Of a stretch of DNA of 42,899 nucleotides, positions 9,829 to 18,353 are shown piece by piece. The position numbers and the translations under genes are program-made. The DNA comes from Christensenella sp. UBA4651 (lineage in GTDB: Bacteria > Bacillota > Clostridia > Christensenellales > UBA1242). The notes beneath the pieces are model-generated. The model did not search any database and was not told the DNA's origin. It worked only from the letters and a program-made list of their open reading frames with translations. Each line of letters begins with the position of its first letter. Position 1 is the first letter of the stretch. The DNA lies in the NCBI GenBank assembly GCA_002405615.1, contig DHMD01000072.1:1-42899 (forward strand), written 5' to 3'.

Positions 9829-10875
9829 TCATTCATTTCTCAATTTTACTTTACTCGCTGCAGCTCTGCGCACGTCCTCCGTCATAGCGGCATAGTGCTT
9901 CTTGGTAGTATTTATATCCTTGTGTCCCAGCACGTCTGCCACAACATAAATATCTTTTGTTTCCCTATACAAATTCGTGCCATAGGTACTCCTCAACTTG
10001 TGCGGACTAATGTTTTTGAGTGGTGTAACGAGGCTACTGTATTTTTTTACGAGGTTTTGTACGGCTCTTGTTGAAATACGCTTCTTTTGCAGCGACAGGA
10101 ACAATGCCCGCTCACTCTCAGGCAATCCCTTGATAGAGCTTCTACTTTCGAGATACGCCTTCAATGCTTTTGCCACTTCATCAGAGAAATATAACACTAC
10201 CTGAGCACCGCCCTTGCGTATTACCTTGAATCCGTTTATAGAGAAATCAATGTCATCAACATCTAGCCCAACACACTCGCTCACGCGTATGCCTGTTCCC
10301 AAGAGTAGGGTAACTATGGCATAATCTCTCGCTTCTGTATGCTTGTGGAATGCCTGTTGAGTAGGGGATAGGGCATAACCAGTTTCCGCCATATCGAGGA
10401 GATTTACCATCTCATCGACCTCCAAACGAACGATATTTTTCTCATGCAATTTAGGCAAATCTACCTTATCGGTAACGTTTTTGTCCAGTTTTTCTTTCTT
10501 AAAAAAGTAGCTAAAAAACGAGCGCAAGGTAGACAATTTGCGTGATTTCGCCTGCTCATTGTTATGATATGTCTTCCCATTAAACTCATAAACAGTGAGA
10601 AATTCCATAAAATTCTCTATCTCAGTAGCCGTGAGCGTGTTTAGGTCCATCAGCGAAATCTGTTTTGGTGCACGACCGTAAAATTGCGGGGCGTGGGTAG
10701 CCAAATAATAGAAAAAAATTCTCAAATCATAAGCATAATTAAGTCGGGTGAGGGGAGTAGTCGTATTCTCGACACCCACAAAAAATTCACTGCAAAAATA
10801 CGGCAATTCCGCTCTTAATTCTCGTAAACGCTCCATATTTTTATCATTGCGTTGAACATAATACTTTTCAGACAT
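9829..10875 (-). CDS. Tyrosine site-specific recombinase, XerS-like architecture
   Basis: 348 aa. The C-terminal catalytic domain has GIRVSE, HKLRST, LGHKDINTTKKHY (R...HxxR...Y), and an N-terminal SAM-like core-binding domain is present. Start at ATG 10875 (AAGAGG SD); the longer ORF start at 10914 falls inside the promoter spacer. No phage or ICE genes flank it. Confidence 0.85.
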   Translation of the reverse strand: MSEKYYVQRNDKNMERLRELRAELPYFCSEFFVGVENTTTPLTRLNYAYDLRIFFYYLATHAPQFYGRAPKQISLMDLNTLTATEIENFMEFLTVYEFNGKTYHNNEQAKSRKLSTLRSFFSYFFKKEKLDKNVTDKVDLPKLHEKNIVRLEVDEMVNLLDMAETGYALSPTQQAFHKHTEARDYAIVTLLLGTGIRVSECVGLDVDDIDFSINGFKVIRKGGAQVVLYFSDEVAKALKAYLESRSSIKGLPESERALFLSLQKKRISTRAVQNLVKKYSSLVTPLKNISPHKLRSTYGTNLYRETKDIYVVADVLGHKDINTTKKHYAAMTEDVRRAAASKVKLRNE

Positions 10876-10894
10876 ATTCAAAACCTCTTGCAGT

Positions 10895-10923
10895 ATTATA
10901 TCAAATATTCTCAAATTTGTAAA
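10895..10923 (-). promoter_or_regulatory. Sigma-70-type promoter of the recombinase gene
   Basis: On the - strand: TTTACA (10918-10923), 17 nt, TATAAT (10895-10900). Confidence 0.55.
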
Positions 10924-10933
10924 ATATATTTGC

Positions 10934-10956
10934 GAACATTTTAGTATTAAATGTTC
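10934..10956. promoter_or_regulatory. Inverted repeat GAACATTT-N7-AAATGTTC (candidate recombinase core site or operator)
   Basis: Perfect 8-bp arms (10934-10941 and 10949-10956) around the 7-bp centre TAGTATT, 11 nt beyond the -35 of the recombinase promoter. A third direct copy, TTAGAACATTTT, lies at 10968-10979. Confidence 0.4.
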
Positions 10957-11323
10957 TATGTCTAAAATTAGAACATTTTTTCTTTTTGTTTGTTACTAAA
11001 ATGAAGTGCATAGTACTGCTAATCACTAAATATAGAATATTTCAATAGCAACATTTTGCAAAGTCGTTTGAGCGAGAGCTTTTGACATTTTATTAGTACG
11101 ACTATTTCATATAAATTAGATGAATAGTTACTCATCAAAAAATATAAACTCTGTGTCAGCGCGTTTTACAACGAGTTTATACAGAGTAAAACGTTTTATA
11201 TAAATCTATAATCAAAAAACAAAATTCAATATATAATGGATTAAATTTAATTTATTATATAAAGAAAATTTATTAAAAAATTGTAAAAACACCAAAATTC
11301 GTTTTATTTCCTGCTTTACTACA

Positions 11324-11361
11324 CTAACTATGCGTAAAACTTGTCTTTTACGCATAGTTAG
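11324..11361. repeat. Perfect 16-bp inverted repeat (stem-loop) in the ORF-free spacer
   Basis: CTAACTATGCGTAAAA (11324-11339), loop cttgtc, TTTTACGCATAGTTAG (11346-11361). No U-tract follows on either strand. Confidence 0.7.
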
Positions 11362-11492
11362 AACATTGTTAACAAATTATTCCCTACTATCCACATCAAA
11401 TTATATTTGCTCTTTATCAAACGATTTTATAATGCGATTACACAGAGCTTGTTAAAAATATCTTGTTGATTTATGGGAATTTTATACAAAAA

Positions 11493-12170
11493 CTACAATC
11501 TAAATAGCCCCAGTAAATAATCACCTTGTTTTAGGTTCTTTCTGCGTGTAGCGTAATCAGGCAGAACACTACCAACCAATTTCCAAAACAATTTAGAGTG
11601 ATTCATCTGCACCAAGTGCGACAACTCATGCACGATTACATAATCAATCAAATCGTGTGGTAACAAAATAAGACGCCAATTTAGAGAAACTACACCTAAC
11701 GAGTTACACACTCCCCAACAAGTTTTTGCATTTGTAAGCTTGACCATTTTGGGCTGTAACTGCATCAGCACGCTAAAATACTCTACACGTTTTGACAAAA
11801 TATCCAAAGCAATCGTGCGATACCATTTGACAAGTTGTTTAATGAGTATTTGTTCATCGCTATACTTCGCTGGGACAACACAGTAATTTGGCTCTAACGT
11901 AATTTTTTTGACATTCTCATCAAAAGTGATGTGATAAATCTGACCACAAAACATCATATCTGTGTAGTGTATTATGTCAAAATTAAGTTGTTGAGTTGAC
12001 CGAATTTTGTCCAAGTGAAGCCTAATCCAATCTTCACGCTTTGCCACAAGTTCCTCAATTTTGGTAAAAGGCAGGCTGCGAGGCGCTTTGACAATTATCT
12101 CACACTTTGGGCTAATGCTGATACTCACAGAACGCCTATTTGTTCTAATTAAATAATCAATTTTGTACAC
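11493..12170 (-). CDS. DUF45/YgjP-like (M48-related) metal-dependent hydrolase
   Basis: 225 aa. HExxH in VIVHELSHLVQMNHSKLFW near the C-terminus, typical of the YgjP/WLM-like family. GTG start with AGGGGA SD. Confidence 0.8.
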   Translation of the reverse strand: MYKIDYLIRTNRRSVSISISPKCEIIVKAPRSLPFTKIEELVAKREDWIRLHLDKIRSTQQLNFDIIHYTDMMFCGQIYHITFDENVKKITLEPNYCVVPAKYSDEQILIKQLVKWYRTIALDILSKRVEYFSVLMQLQPKMVKLTNAKTCWGVCNSLGVVSLNWRLILLPHDLIDYVIVHELSHLVQMNHSKLFWKLVGSVLPDYATRRKNLKQGDYLLGLFRL

Positions 12171-12344
12171 AATAATCCCCTACCCCCAAAAAAGTTGTCT
12201 ACCTAATTTTTACTACAAAAGCAGCAATTTATCAAGTAAATTTAGCCATTTTTTGAATTTTCCTATAAAAATTTTGAAATCTGCCAAATTATTTGACAAA
12301 AATTTAATTTTAATATAAAATCAAATAGAGAAATGGAGGCAAAA

Positions 12345-13865
12345 ATGGTTAGCCAGATAAATAAAATTATTCTAAAATCGCTTGAAACGGGCGACAAATA
12401 CGGTCTTGAAATCATAAAAGATATTCAATCTTTTACCAATAATAGGGTTGTTTTGAAGCAGCCTAGTTTATATAGTGCGCTTAGGCGTATGGAGAAAAAG
12501 GGGCTAATCAGTTCTTTTTGGGAAGACAGCGAGTTGGGCGGTCGCAGGCATTATTATTCTCTGACTCGTTCTGGCAGAGAGGAATTGCAGGCTGACAATG
12601 TCGTGAGTGAATCTGATATACAGTCAATTTTGTATGAGGTCAACAAGAGTTTGCAAAACGGTTCGCAAGGGATTGTCCAAGAAGTCCCAGAACCAGTAAT
12701 AAAAAACAAAATGGCTTATGAAAAATTTGACCCACGAGAGGAACAGACAGCGGGCAAGAGCTTTTCACAACAAGTTCGAAAATTTGCAGAACCAGCAACT
12801 ATTGAGGAAAAATCTACTCAAAATTCGAGTATTAATAATTTTGAAACGGTCAAATCCATGCCACAACCTGAGCCCAAGCAAAAAGAAGAAGCCAGTAGCT
12901 TTTGGCGTGAATCTATGCTAAACGAGAATAGTGAGCAATCTACTAAAAGTAATGAGTCGCTCGAATTTAAGATGGACGAGAATAAGCCGAGCAGATTTGA
13001 GATAAATTACAAGGATATTTTGGGAGATTTGGATGCTAACAAGCCACAAGAGAACACAAATCTCTCCCCTACCCCAATCGCAAATAATTTAAGCGAGCAG
13101 CAAGAACAGCAGCAGCGTGCTAAACAATATTCTTCGCAATTTAGCCAAATTTTTGCCTCTAACAAGAACACTCAACCATCTAAAACTACCATAACAAAAG
13201 AGCAAGAAGAATTGCGAAACGCAATTTTCAAGCGTCAAAATCAGAGTACTTTGGACGAAATCGGCAGAAGATACAACCTAAATACAGTACAGCATAAACA
13301 TCAGGAAGCACCTCAACAGCCAGTTCAGCAGGTTGAAGAATATAGTAATCTAACAAAAGTTTCCCCAAGCGAAATTGAGGTAAAACAATATATTCGCGAC
13401 ACAGGAATTGTAAGCAGCAGTGAAAAAGAATTTATAAACATTAATAAATTAATACTTGCACGCTCAATAATTATGGCATTCTTTTTTGCGATGTCTGTAC
13501 TGATTTCTTACTTTGTATTTAATGAGCAAAACTTTATTTACGCCCCACACGAATGTTTGTATTGGATAGCCTTGGGTGCAGCAGTCCTGTATATCGGAAT
13601 TATGCTTGCGATAACTCTGCCCAAATTCAATAAAAAAGTCCAACTGAAAAAAATAAATTGGTTTGTAAATTTATTTTACAGAGCGCTAATTGCTGTCGCA
13701 CTGTTTACGTTTGTAATTGCTCTTTGCTTGTGTTTTGGTATGACAAACTTTATGCAAATTGAGTTCTTTACAATATGGTATATCTCAGCGCTTGCAATCG
13801 GAGACATTTTAGTTTCCTGGCTTATTGGATACATTGTTTATTCTACAAAAGCTTTTAGAGAATAG
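12345..13865 (+). CDS. PadR-family wHTH regulator fused to a long low-complexity linker and a C-terminal 4-TM domain
   Basis: The N-terminus (ILKSLETGDKYGLEIIKDI...QPSLYSALRRMEKKGLISSFWEDSELGGRRHYYSLTRSGREEL) is PadR-like. About 250 aa of Q/E/N/S-rich sequence follows, then four hydrophobic helices in the last ~130 aa. ATG 12345 is preferred (GGAGG 5 nt upstream); ATG 12333 is the alternative. Confidence 0.8.
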   Translation: MVSQINKIILKSLETGDKYGLEIIKDIQSFTNNRVVLKQPSLYSALRRMEKKGLISSFWEDSELGGRRHYYSLTRSGREELQADNVVSESDIQSILYEVNKSLQNGSQGIVQEVPEPVIKNKMAYEKFDPREEQTAGKSFSQQVRKFAEPATIEEKSTQNSSINNFETVKSMPQPEPKQKEEASSFWRESMLNENSEQSTKSNESLEFKMDENKPSRFEINYKDILGDLDANKPQENTNLSPTPIANNLSEQQEQQQRAKQYSSQFSQIFASNKNTQPSKTTITKEQEELRNAIFKRQNQSTLDEIGRRYNLNTVQHKHQEAPQQPVQQVEEYSNLTKVSPSEIEVKQYIRDTGIVSSSEKEFININKLILARSIIMAFFFAMSVLISYFVFNEQNFIYAPHECLYWIALGAAVLYIGIMLAITLPKFNKKVQLKKINWFVNLFYRALIAVALFTFVIALCLCFGMTNFMQIEFFTIWYISALAIGDILVSWLIGYIVYSTKAFRE

Positions 13866-13895
13866 AAAAATCACGGAGATAATCCGTGATTTTTC
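13865..13895. terminator. Bidirectional intrinsic terminator between the PadR-like gene and rnhA
   Basis: GAAAAATCACGGA-gataa-TCCGTGATTTTTC, with an A-run and a T-run on either side. Confidence 0.8.
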
Positions 13896-14344
13896 TATTT
13901 AAGTGAATCCAAGTATCTGTCGACTTCGTCACGAGCAAGTCTATCGCAAATATTATTATATTTATCATCGGCGTGCCCCTTGACCTTGTGCCAAGTAATC
14001 TGATGTTTCTCTACCAATTCGAGTAGTTTACGCCATAAATCTTCGTTTTTTACAGGCTTTTTGTCCGCTGTTTTCCAATTGTTTTTTATCCAATTATCAG
14101 CCCAATTTTGTAAAAAAGCATTCACTACATAAGCGGAATCACTATATAGGTCGATTTTACAGGGTTCTTTTAATCTAGAAACCGCCTCAATAACAGCGGT
14201 CATTTCCATACGGTTGTTGGTAGTATTATTTTCAAAACCACTGAATTGTTTCTCTACACCATTGTATATCAAAACACACCCCCACCCCCCAGGACCTGGG
14301 TTTTCACTACACGCTCCATCAGTATATATAACAACTGATTTCAT
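13895..14344 (-). CDS. rnhA: Ribonuclease HI
   Basis: 149 aa. IYTDGACSENPGPGGWG, NNRMEMTAVIEA, LYSDSAYV, WHKVKGHADDKYNNICDRLA (DEDD catalytic pattern). AGGAGA SD. Confidence 0.93.
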   Translation of the reverse strand: MKSVVIYTDGACSENPGPGGWGCVLIYNGVEKQFSGFENNTTNNRMEMTAVIEAVSRLKEPCKIDLYSDSAYVVNAFLQNWADNWIKNNWKTADKKPVKNEDLWRKLLELVEKHQITWHKVKGHADDKYNNICDRLARDEVDRYLDSLK

Positions 14345-14384
14345 AAAATTTCTCCTTTTTTACAAAAAATGTATGCGAATTCTA

Positions 14385-14413
14385 TTGACTAAAAACGAAT
14401 TTTCTAATATAAT
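14385..14413 (+). promoter_or_regulatory. Consensus promoter of tRNA-Trp
   Basis: TTGACT (14385-14390), 17 nt, TATAAT (14408-14413). The tRNA 5' end lies 15 nt downstream. Confidence 0.65.
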
Positions 14414-14427
14414 AATATTATCCTTTT

Positions 14428-14502
14428 AGGGGAGTGGCTCAACGGTAGAGTAGTGGTCTCCAAAACCATTGGTTCAGAGTTCGAATCTCTGCTCCCCTGC
14501 CA
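14428..14502 (+). tRNA. trnW: tRNA-Trp (anticodon CCA), CCA-encoded
   Basis: 75-nt cloverleaf folded by hand: acceptor AGGGGAG/CTCCCCT, D arm GCTC/GAGT, anticodon stem GTGGT/ACCAT with loop CTCCAAA, T arm CAGAG-TTCGAAT-CTCTG, discriminator G, then CCA. Confidence 0.93.
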
Positions 14503-15439
14503 AATACGCCTTCTTGATTATAGGCGATTGTAGGACAGCACTTTGCTGTTCTTTTTTATTTTGTAAATTATTTAATATAAGCTCTTGGCTTTTGTTTGTA
14601 CCATTTTTTATTCTTTTTTCGAAATTTAGCAAATTTTGTGAAAAAACTTTATTCAACACATTTTCGGTATAAAACTTTGCTAAATAATTCCACAAATCTT
14701 GCATACCCAAATAATCCATAGAAATGCCGTTAGGATTCTGTTCGCCCGTTCCATTAAAATCTGTTCCCAGACCGACACAATCCTCACCCGCATATTCCAA
14801 AAAATTATCCAAGTGTCGGCGAATAAGCTCAAAATCGGCAAAACTTCCACCCAGCAATGTATTATACAAACAAAGCCCAACATACCCATTTCTTTTACCA
14901 ATTTCTGCAAGTTGTGCAGCATTTAAGTTTCTTTTGATTGAATACACTTCGCTACTTGCTGTATGAGAACAAAACAGTTCTTTTTGCAGTTCCGAAATAT
15001 CCCAAAACGACTGTTCGTTGAGATGTGCGACATCAACCAAAATGTTATTCTTGTTTAATTCTGTTACAACTTTCTTGCCCCACTTGCTCAATTTTTTCTT
15101 TGACAAAGCACCACCAGCAAGTTTATTTTCATAATTCCAAGTGAGAGTAGCACAAAAAGGCTTGAATTTAACAAACTTTTGTAAAGATTTGAAATCATCA
15201 ACGAACTCAATATTTTCAAACGACTTAACTACCAAATTAGAATCATTGAGTAGTGAAAACTTGTGTTCAATATCGTCAAAAACCATTGATTTTTCTTGTT
15301 TCTTTTGTTCTTGACTAAAATAATAGGCCGTAAAAAGTTTTACGACCTTATTATGTTTGCAAAAATTCAAATATCGTGAAACTTCTGCACTTGAATTAAA
15401 TGTCATTAATAAATCATTATGTGCATCTGCTATTTGCAT
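14474..15439 (-). CDS. Membrane dipeptidase family (peptidase M19)
   Basis: 321 aa. N-terminal ADAHNDLL (HxD zinc site), DVAHLNEQSFWD, SHTASSEVYSIKRNL, GLGTDFNG. AGGAGA SD. Begins 12 nt after the rny stop. The last ~40 codons run antisense through the tRNA-Trp terminator and the tRNA 3' end. Confidence 0.85.
   Translation of the reverse strand: MQIADAHNDLLMTFNSSAEVSRYLNFCKHNKVVKLFTAYYFSQEQKKQEKSMVFDDIEHKFSLLNDSNLVVKSFENIEFVDDFKSLQKFVKFKPFCATLTWNYENKLAGGALSKKKLSKWGKKVVTELNKNNILVDVAHLNEQSFWDISELQKELFCSHTASSEVYSIKRNLNAAQLAEIGKRNGYVGLCLYNTLLGGSFADFELIRRHLDNFLEYAGEDCVGLGTDFNGTGEQNPNGISMDYLGMQDLWNYLAKFYTENVLNKVFSQNLLNFEKRIKNGTNKSQELILNNLQNKKEQQSAVLQSPIIKKAYLAGEQRFEL
14533..14561 (+). terminator. 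Intrinsic terminator of tRNA-Trp
   Basis: GGACAGCA-ctt-TGCTGTTC followed by TTTTTTATTTT. Lies inside the 3' tail of the convergent dipeptidase ORF. Confidence 0.7.
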
Positions 15440-15451
15440 AAGGTCTCCTTA

Positions 15452-17053
15452 TTATTTGGCAAAATTTACAGAACGCATTTCTCTGATAACATTTACCTTG
15501 ATAACACCCGGATATTCCATTTGTGCCTCAATTGCTTTTGCAATATCGCGTGATAGAATATCCATATCGGCATCAGAAATCAACTCAGGCTTGACTGCAA
15601 CACGAATTTCTCTACCTGCTTGAATTGCGTATGCCTTGTCAACACCCTTGAACGAATTGGCAATTTCCTCCAACTTTTGCAAGCGGTGGATATAACTCTC
15701 CAACGACTCCCTACGAGCGCCTGGTCTACTACTTGAAATAGCGTCAGCCGCTTGTACAAGCATTGCCTCAACACAAGTAAATTCTACATCACCGTGGTGT
15801 GCCTCAATACAGTTAATTACCTTTTCGTTTTCCTTGTATTTACGAGCCAATTGAACACCAATTGTAACATGTGTCCCTTCTTGCTCATGGTCAACAGCCT
15901 TACCAATATCGTGCAAGAAACCGCCTCGTCTGGCAATTTTTTCATCACAACCCAATTCCGCAGCCATCATACCAGCAAGGTATGCCACCTCAATAGAATG
16001 TTTGAGCACATTTTGCCCGTAACTCGTACGGTACTTGAGCCGTCCCATAGTTTTGACCAATTCAGAATGAAGCCCCATAATTCCGACTTCCATAACAGCA
16101 GCCTCACCAGCTTCCTTGATGTCGTGTTCGAGGTCTTTGCGAGTTTTTGCCACGATCTCCTCGATACGACCCGGGTGAATTCTACCGTCTTGCATTAATT
16201 TATTGATAGCGAGTCTAGCCACCTCACGCCTAATTGGGTCAAAGCCAGACACAACGATAACCTCTGGTGTGTCATCAATAATTAGGTCAATTCCTGTAGC
16301 CTGTTCCAAAGCCTTGATATTACGCCCTTCACGACCAATCAAACGCCCTTTCATCTCATCGTTTGGCAAAGTTATTGTAGTAATTGTTGCCTCACTCGTC
16401 AAATCAGCAGAATACTTCTGTATAGCATTACATATGATTTCGGTAGCAGTTTTGTGAGCATTGTCATAAGCCTCATCAGTAATCTGCTTGACCATAACAT
16501 TAGCATCACGCTTTGCTTCCTCAGTAATCTGCTTGATAAGCATTTCCTTGGCTTCTTCTTGGCTCATTCGAGCATTGCGTTCTAGCACTTTATCTGCCTC
16601 AATTTTTTTGGCAGCAATCTCGTCCTCTTGAGACGCAAGTGCCTTTTCTTTTGCTTCTAGTTTTTCTTTGAATTTTTCTAAGTTTTCGTTTTTGTTGTCC
16701 AAGCTCTGCTCACGATTATTGATAAACTCTTCTCGTTGCAAGTATCTGTTATTCAACTTTTCAATTTCATTCCTGCGAACTTTTAACTCATTTTCAGTTT
16801 CAGTCTTGATTCGCAAAGACTCTTCTTGAGCAGAAAGCCTAGCCTCCTTTTGGATCGTCTTGGCTTCTAAATGAGCATCCTCTATAATTTTTGATGCGGA
16901 ACATTTGGCGTTATTGATTTTCTTCAAAAACACCATTCTAAACAATAATATTCCGACAACTGCTCCCACAATTACGCATAATACGATTGCTAGGACAAAT
17001 ATTGCGGTATTCATTTGGAGACCAAGCAAACCCATATTAATGGTATTTTGCAT
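15452..17053 (-). CDS. rny: Ribonuclease Y
   Basis: 533 aa. N-terminal TM helix, coiled-coil region, KH domain (GRLIGREGRNIKALE), HD domain (GFLHDIGKAVDHE). Confidence 0.96.
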   Translation of the reverse strand: MQNTINMGLLGLQMNTAIFVLAIVLCVIVGAVVGILLFRMVFLKKINNAKCSASKIIEDAHLEAKTIQKEARLSAQEESLRIKTETENELKVRRNEIEKLNNRYLQREEFINNREQSLDNKNENLEKFKEKLEAKEKALASQEDEIAAKKIEADKVLERNARMSQEEAKEMLIKQITEEAKRDANVMVKQITDEAYDNAHKTATEIICNAIQKYSADLTSEATITTITLPNDEMKGRLIGREGRNIKALEQATGIDLIIDDTPEVIVVSGFDPIRREVARLAINKLMQDGRIHPGRIEEIVAKTRKDLEHDIKEAGEAAVMEVGIMGLHSELVKTMGRLKYRTSYGQNVLKHSIEVAYLAGMMAAELGCDEKIARRGGFLHDIGKAVDHEQEGTHVTIGVQLARKYKENEKVINCIEAHHGDVEFTCVEAMLVQAADAISSSRPGARRESLESYIHRLQKLEEIANSFKGVDKAYAIQAGREIRVAVKPELISDADMDILSRDIAKAIEAQMEYPGVIKVNVIREMRSVNFAK

Positions 17054-17262
17054 TGGTTATTCCCTCTCAGATTTATTAGTTTCAAAATGTCGACAAAATG
17101 CCAACATTTTACATATCAATTGTAAATTATTATCAATAAAAAGTCAAGTTAATTATAAAAATAATATGATTTACAAAGAATTATTATGCCCAAAACAAAA
17201 TAAACTAAACCATTAAAACAAAACCAAACTAAATTACGCTAAAATATCCATTGATTTAGATG

Positions 17263-18297
17263 TTATTCCTCCGAGCTAGAGCGTACCTCTACGCATCTCT
17301 TTGGTGCATAAAAATCACTAATTTGGTCGTGCAATTCCTGCGCAAATTCAGGGTGCTCCACTATATACTGTTTGACATTTTCCTTACCTTGCCCAATCTT
17401 CTCATCATTATAAGCAAACCAACTGCCACTCTTCTGAATAATACCAGTTTCAATAGCCAAGTCCAAAAGACAACCCTCTTTTGAAATACCCTTACCATAA
17501 ATAATATCAAATTCGCAAGTTTTGAAAGGCGGTGCAAGTTTATTCTTGACAACTTTTACACGAGTCCTATTACCTATTGCGTCAGTACCGTCTTTTATCG
17601 TGTCAGCTTTTCTAACATCTAGGCGGATACTAGAATAAAATTTGAGAGCCTTACCACCAGTAGTAGTTTCAGGATTACCAAACATTACGCCAACTTTCTC
17701 TCTCAACTGATTAATAAAAATCACACAAACATTAGACTTGTTAATATAAGCAGTCAACTTACGCATTGCTTGACTCATAAGTCTCGCCAGCAAACCAACA
17801 TGAGCATCGCCCATTTCACCGTCCAATTCTGCTTTTGGAGTGAGCGCTGCAACAGAGTCAATTACTACCAAATCAATACTCCCACTCTTTACCAAACTCT
17901 CAGTGATGTCGAGAGCCTGCTCACCATTATCAGGTTGCGAAATATATAACTCATTAATATTTACGCCCAAGTTCGCAGCATACACTGGGTCAAGTGCGTG
18001 TTCTGCATCGATAAAAGCAGCAGTACACCCCTTCTTCTGTGCTTCAGCCACGACATGCAACGCAACCGTAGTCTTACCAGAAGACTCAGGTCCGTAAATC
18101 TCCACAATACGCCCTCTCGGCATACCCCCTATTCCTAGTGCCAAATCGAGTGTCAAACACCCAGTAGGGATTGTGTCCACCACTTGATGAGCGTTATCCC
18201 CCAAACGCATAATAGAACCTTTGCCAAATTGCTTCTCAATTTGCGCCATAAGTTGTTCCAAATTCTTTGCCTTTTCCAAACTATCCAAAATAGCCAC
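17263..18297 (-). CDS. recA: Recombinase RecA
   Basis: Walker [51 protein letters not shown]. The track start is GTG 18297; an in-frame TTG at 18288 has better SD spacing (GAGG at 18297-18300). Confidence 0.96.
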   Translation of the reverse strand: MAILDSLEKAKNLEQLMAQIEKQFGKGSIMRLGDNAHQVVDTIPTGCLTLDLALGIGGMPRGRIVEIYGPESSGKTTVALHVVAEAQKKGCTAAFIDAEHALDPVYAANLGVNINELYISQPDNGEQALDITESLVKSGSIDLVVIDSVAALTPKAELDGEMGDAHVGLLARLMSQAMRKLTAYINKSNVCVIFINQLREKVGVMFGNPETTTGGKALKFYSSIRLDVRKADTIKDGTDAIGNRTRVKVVKNKLAPPFKTCEFDIIYGKGISKEGCLLDLAIETGIIQKSGSWFAYNDEKIGQGKENVKQYIVEHPEFAQELHDQISDFYAPKRCVEVRSSSEE

Positions 18298-18308
18298 CTC
18301 ATTCTCTT

Positions 18309-18325
18309 TTGTTAATATGTTCTAA
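18309..18325 (-). promoter_or_regulatory. Candidate operator TTAGAACATATTAACAA abutting the recA -10
   Basis: Shares TTAGAACAT...YAACAA with sites at 36521-36538 and 11358-11375. It sits where a repressor would block RNA polymerase. Confidence 0.4.
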
Positions 18326-18353
18326 TTATACACTATAAAAATCAAATTACCAA
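18325..18353 (-). promoter_or_regulatory. recA promoter
   Basis: On the - strand: TTGGTA (18348-18353), 17 nt, TATAAT (18325-18330), immediately followed by TAGAACATATTAACAA. Confidence 0.55.

Noticed and set aside
9829-10875. The tyrosine recombinase as a marker of a prophage, ICE or genomic island.
   Set aside because: There are no phage, conjugation or cargo genes on either side, and no flanking direct repeats next to the tRNA. The neighbours are core genes (lexA, miaA), so a chromosomal Xer-like role is more likely.
10876-11492. Bacillus-type 28-bp dif (conserved XerD arm TATTATGTAAACT) in the spacer next to the recombinase.
   Set aside because: I could find no convincing match to that consensus. 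Only the different GAACATTT-N7-AAATGTTC repeat is present.
14428-14502. Possible UGA-to-Trp recoding (genetic code 4), given the low GC and reduced-looking genes.
   Set aside because: The tRNA-Trp has anticodon CCA, not UCA. TGA clearly terminates ruvC (35970-35972), pgsA (19309-19311) and the recombinase gene (9829-9831), so the code is standard.
17054-17262. 209-bp spacer between recA and rny as a possible ncRNA locus or recA terminator.
   Set aside because: It is very AT-rich, with only weak 6-7-bp inverted repeats (CTAAAT-N8-ATTTAG and AAAATGT-N13-ACATTTT). Nothing distinguishes it from an ordinary promoter/terminator spacer.
18298-18346. Canonical Firmicute LexA (Cheo) box GAAC-N4-GTTC at the recA promoter; the ruvC promoter at 36486-36540 was also checked.
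   Set aside because: Only the GAAC half is present (GAACATATTAAC at recA, GAACATTTGCAAC at ruvC), so I do not call a canonical Cheo box. It is reported instead as a possible variant operator.
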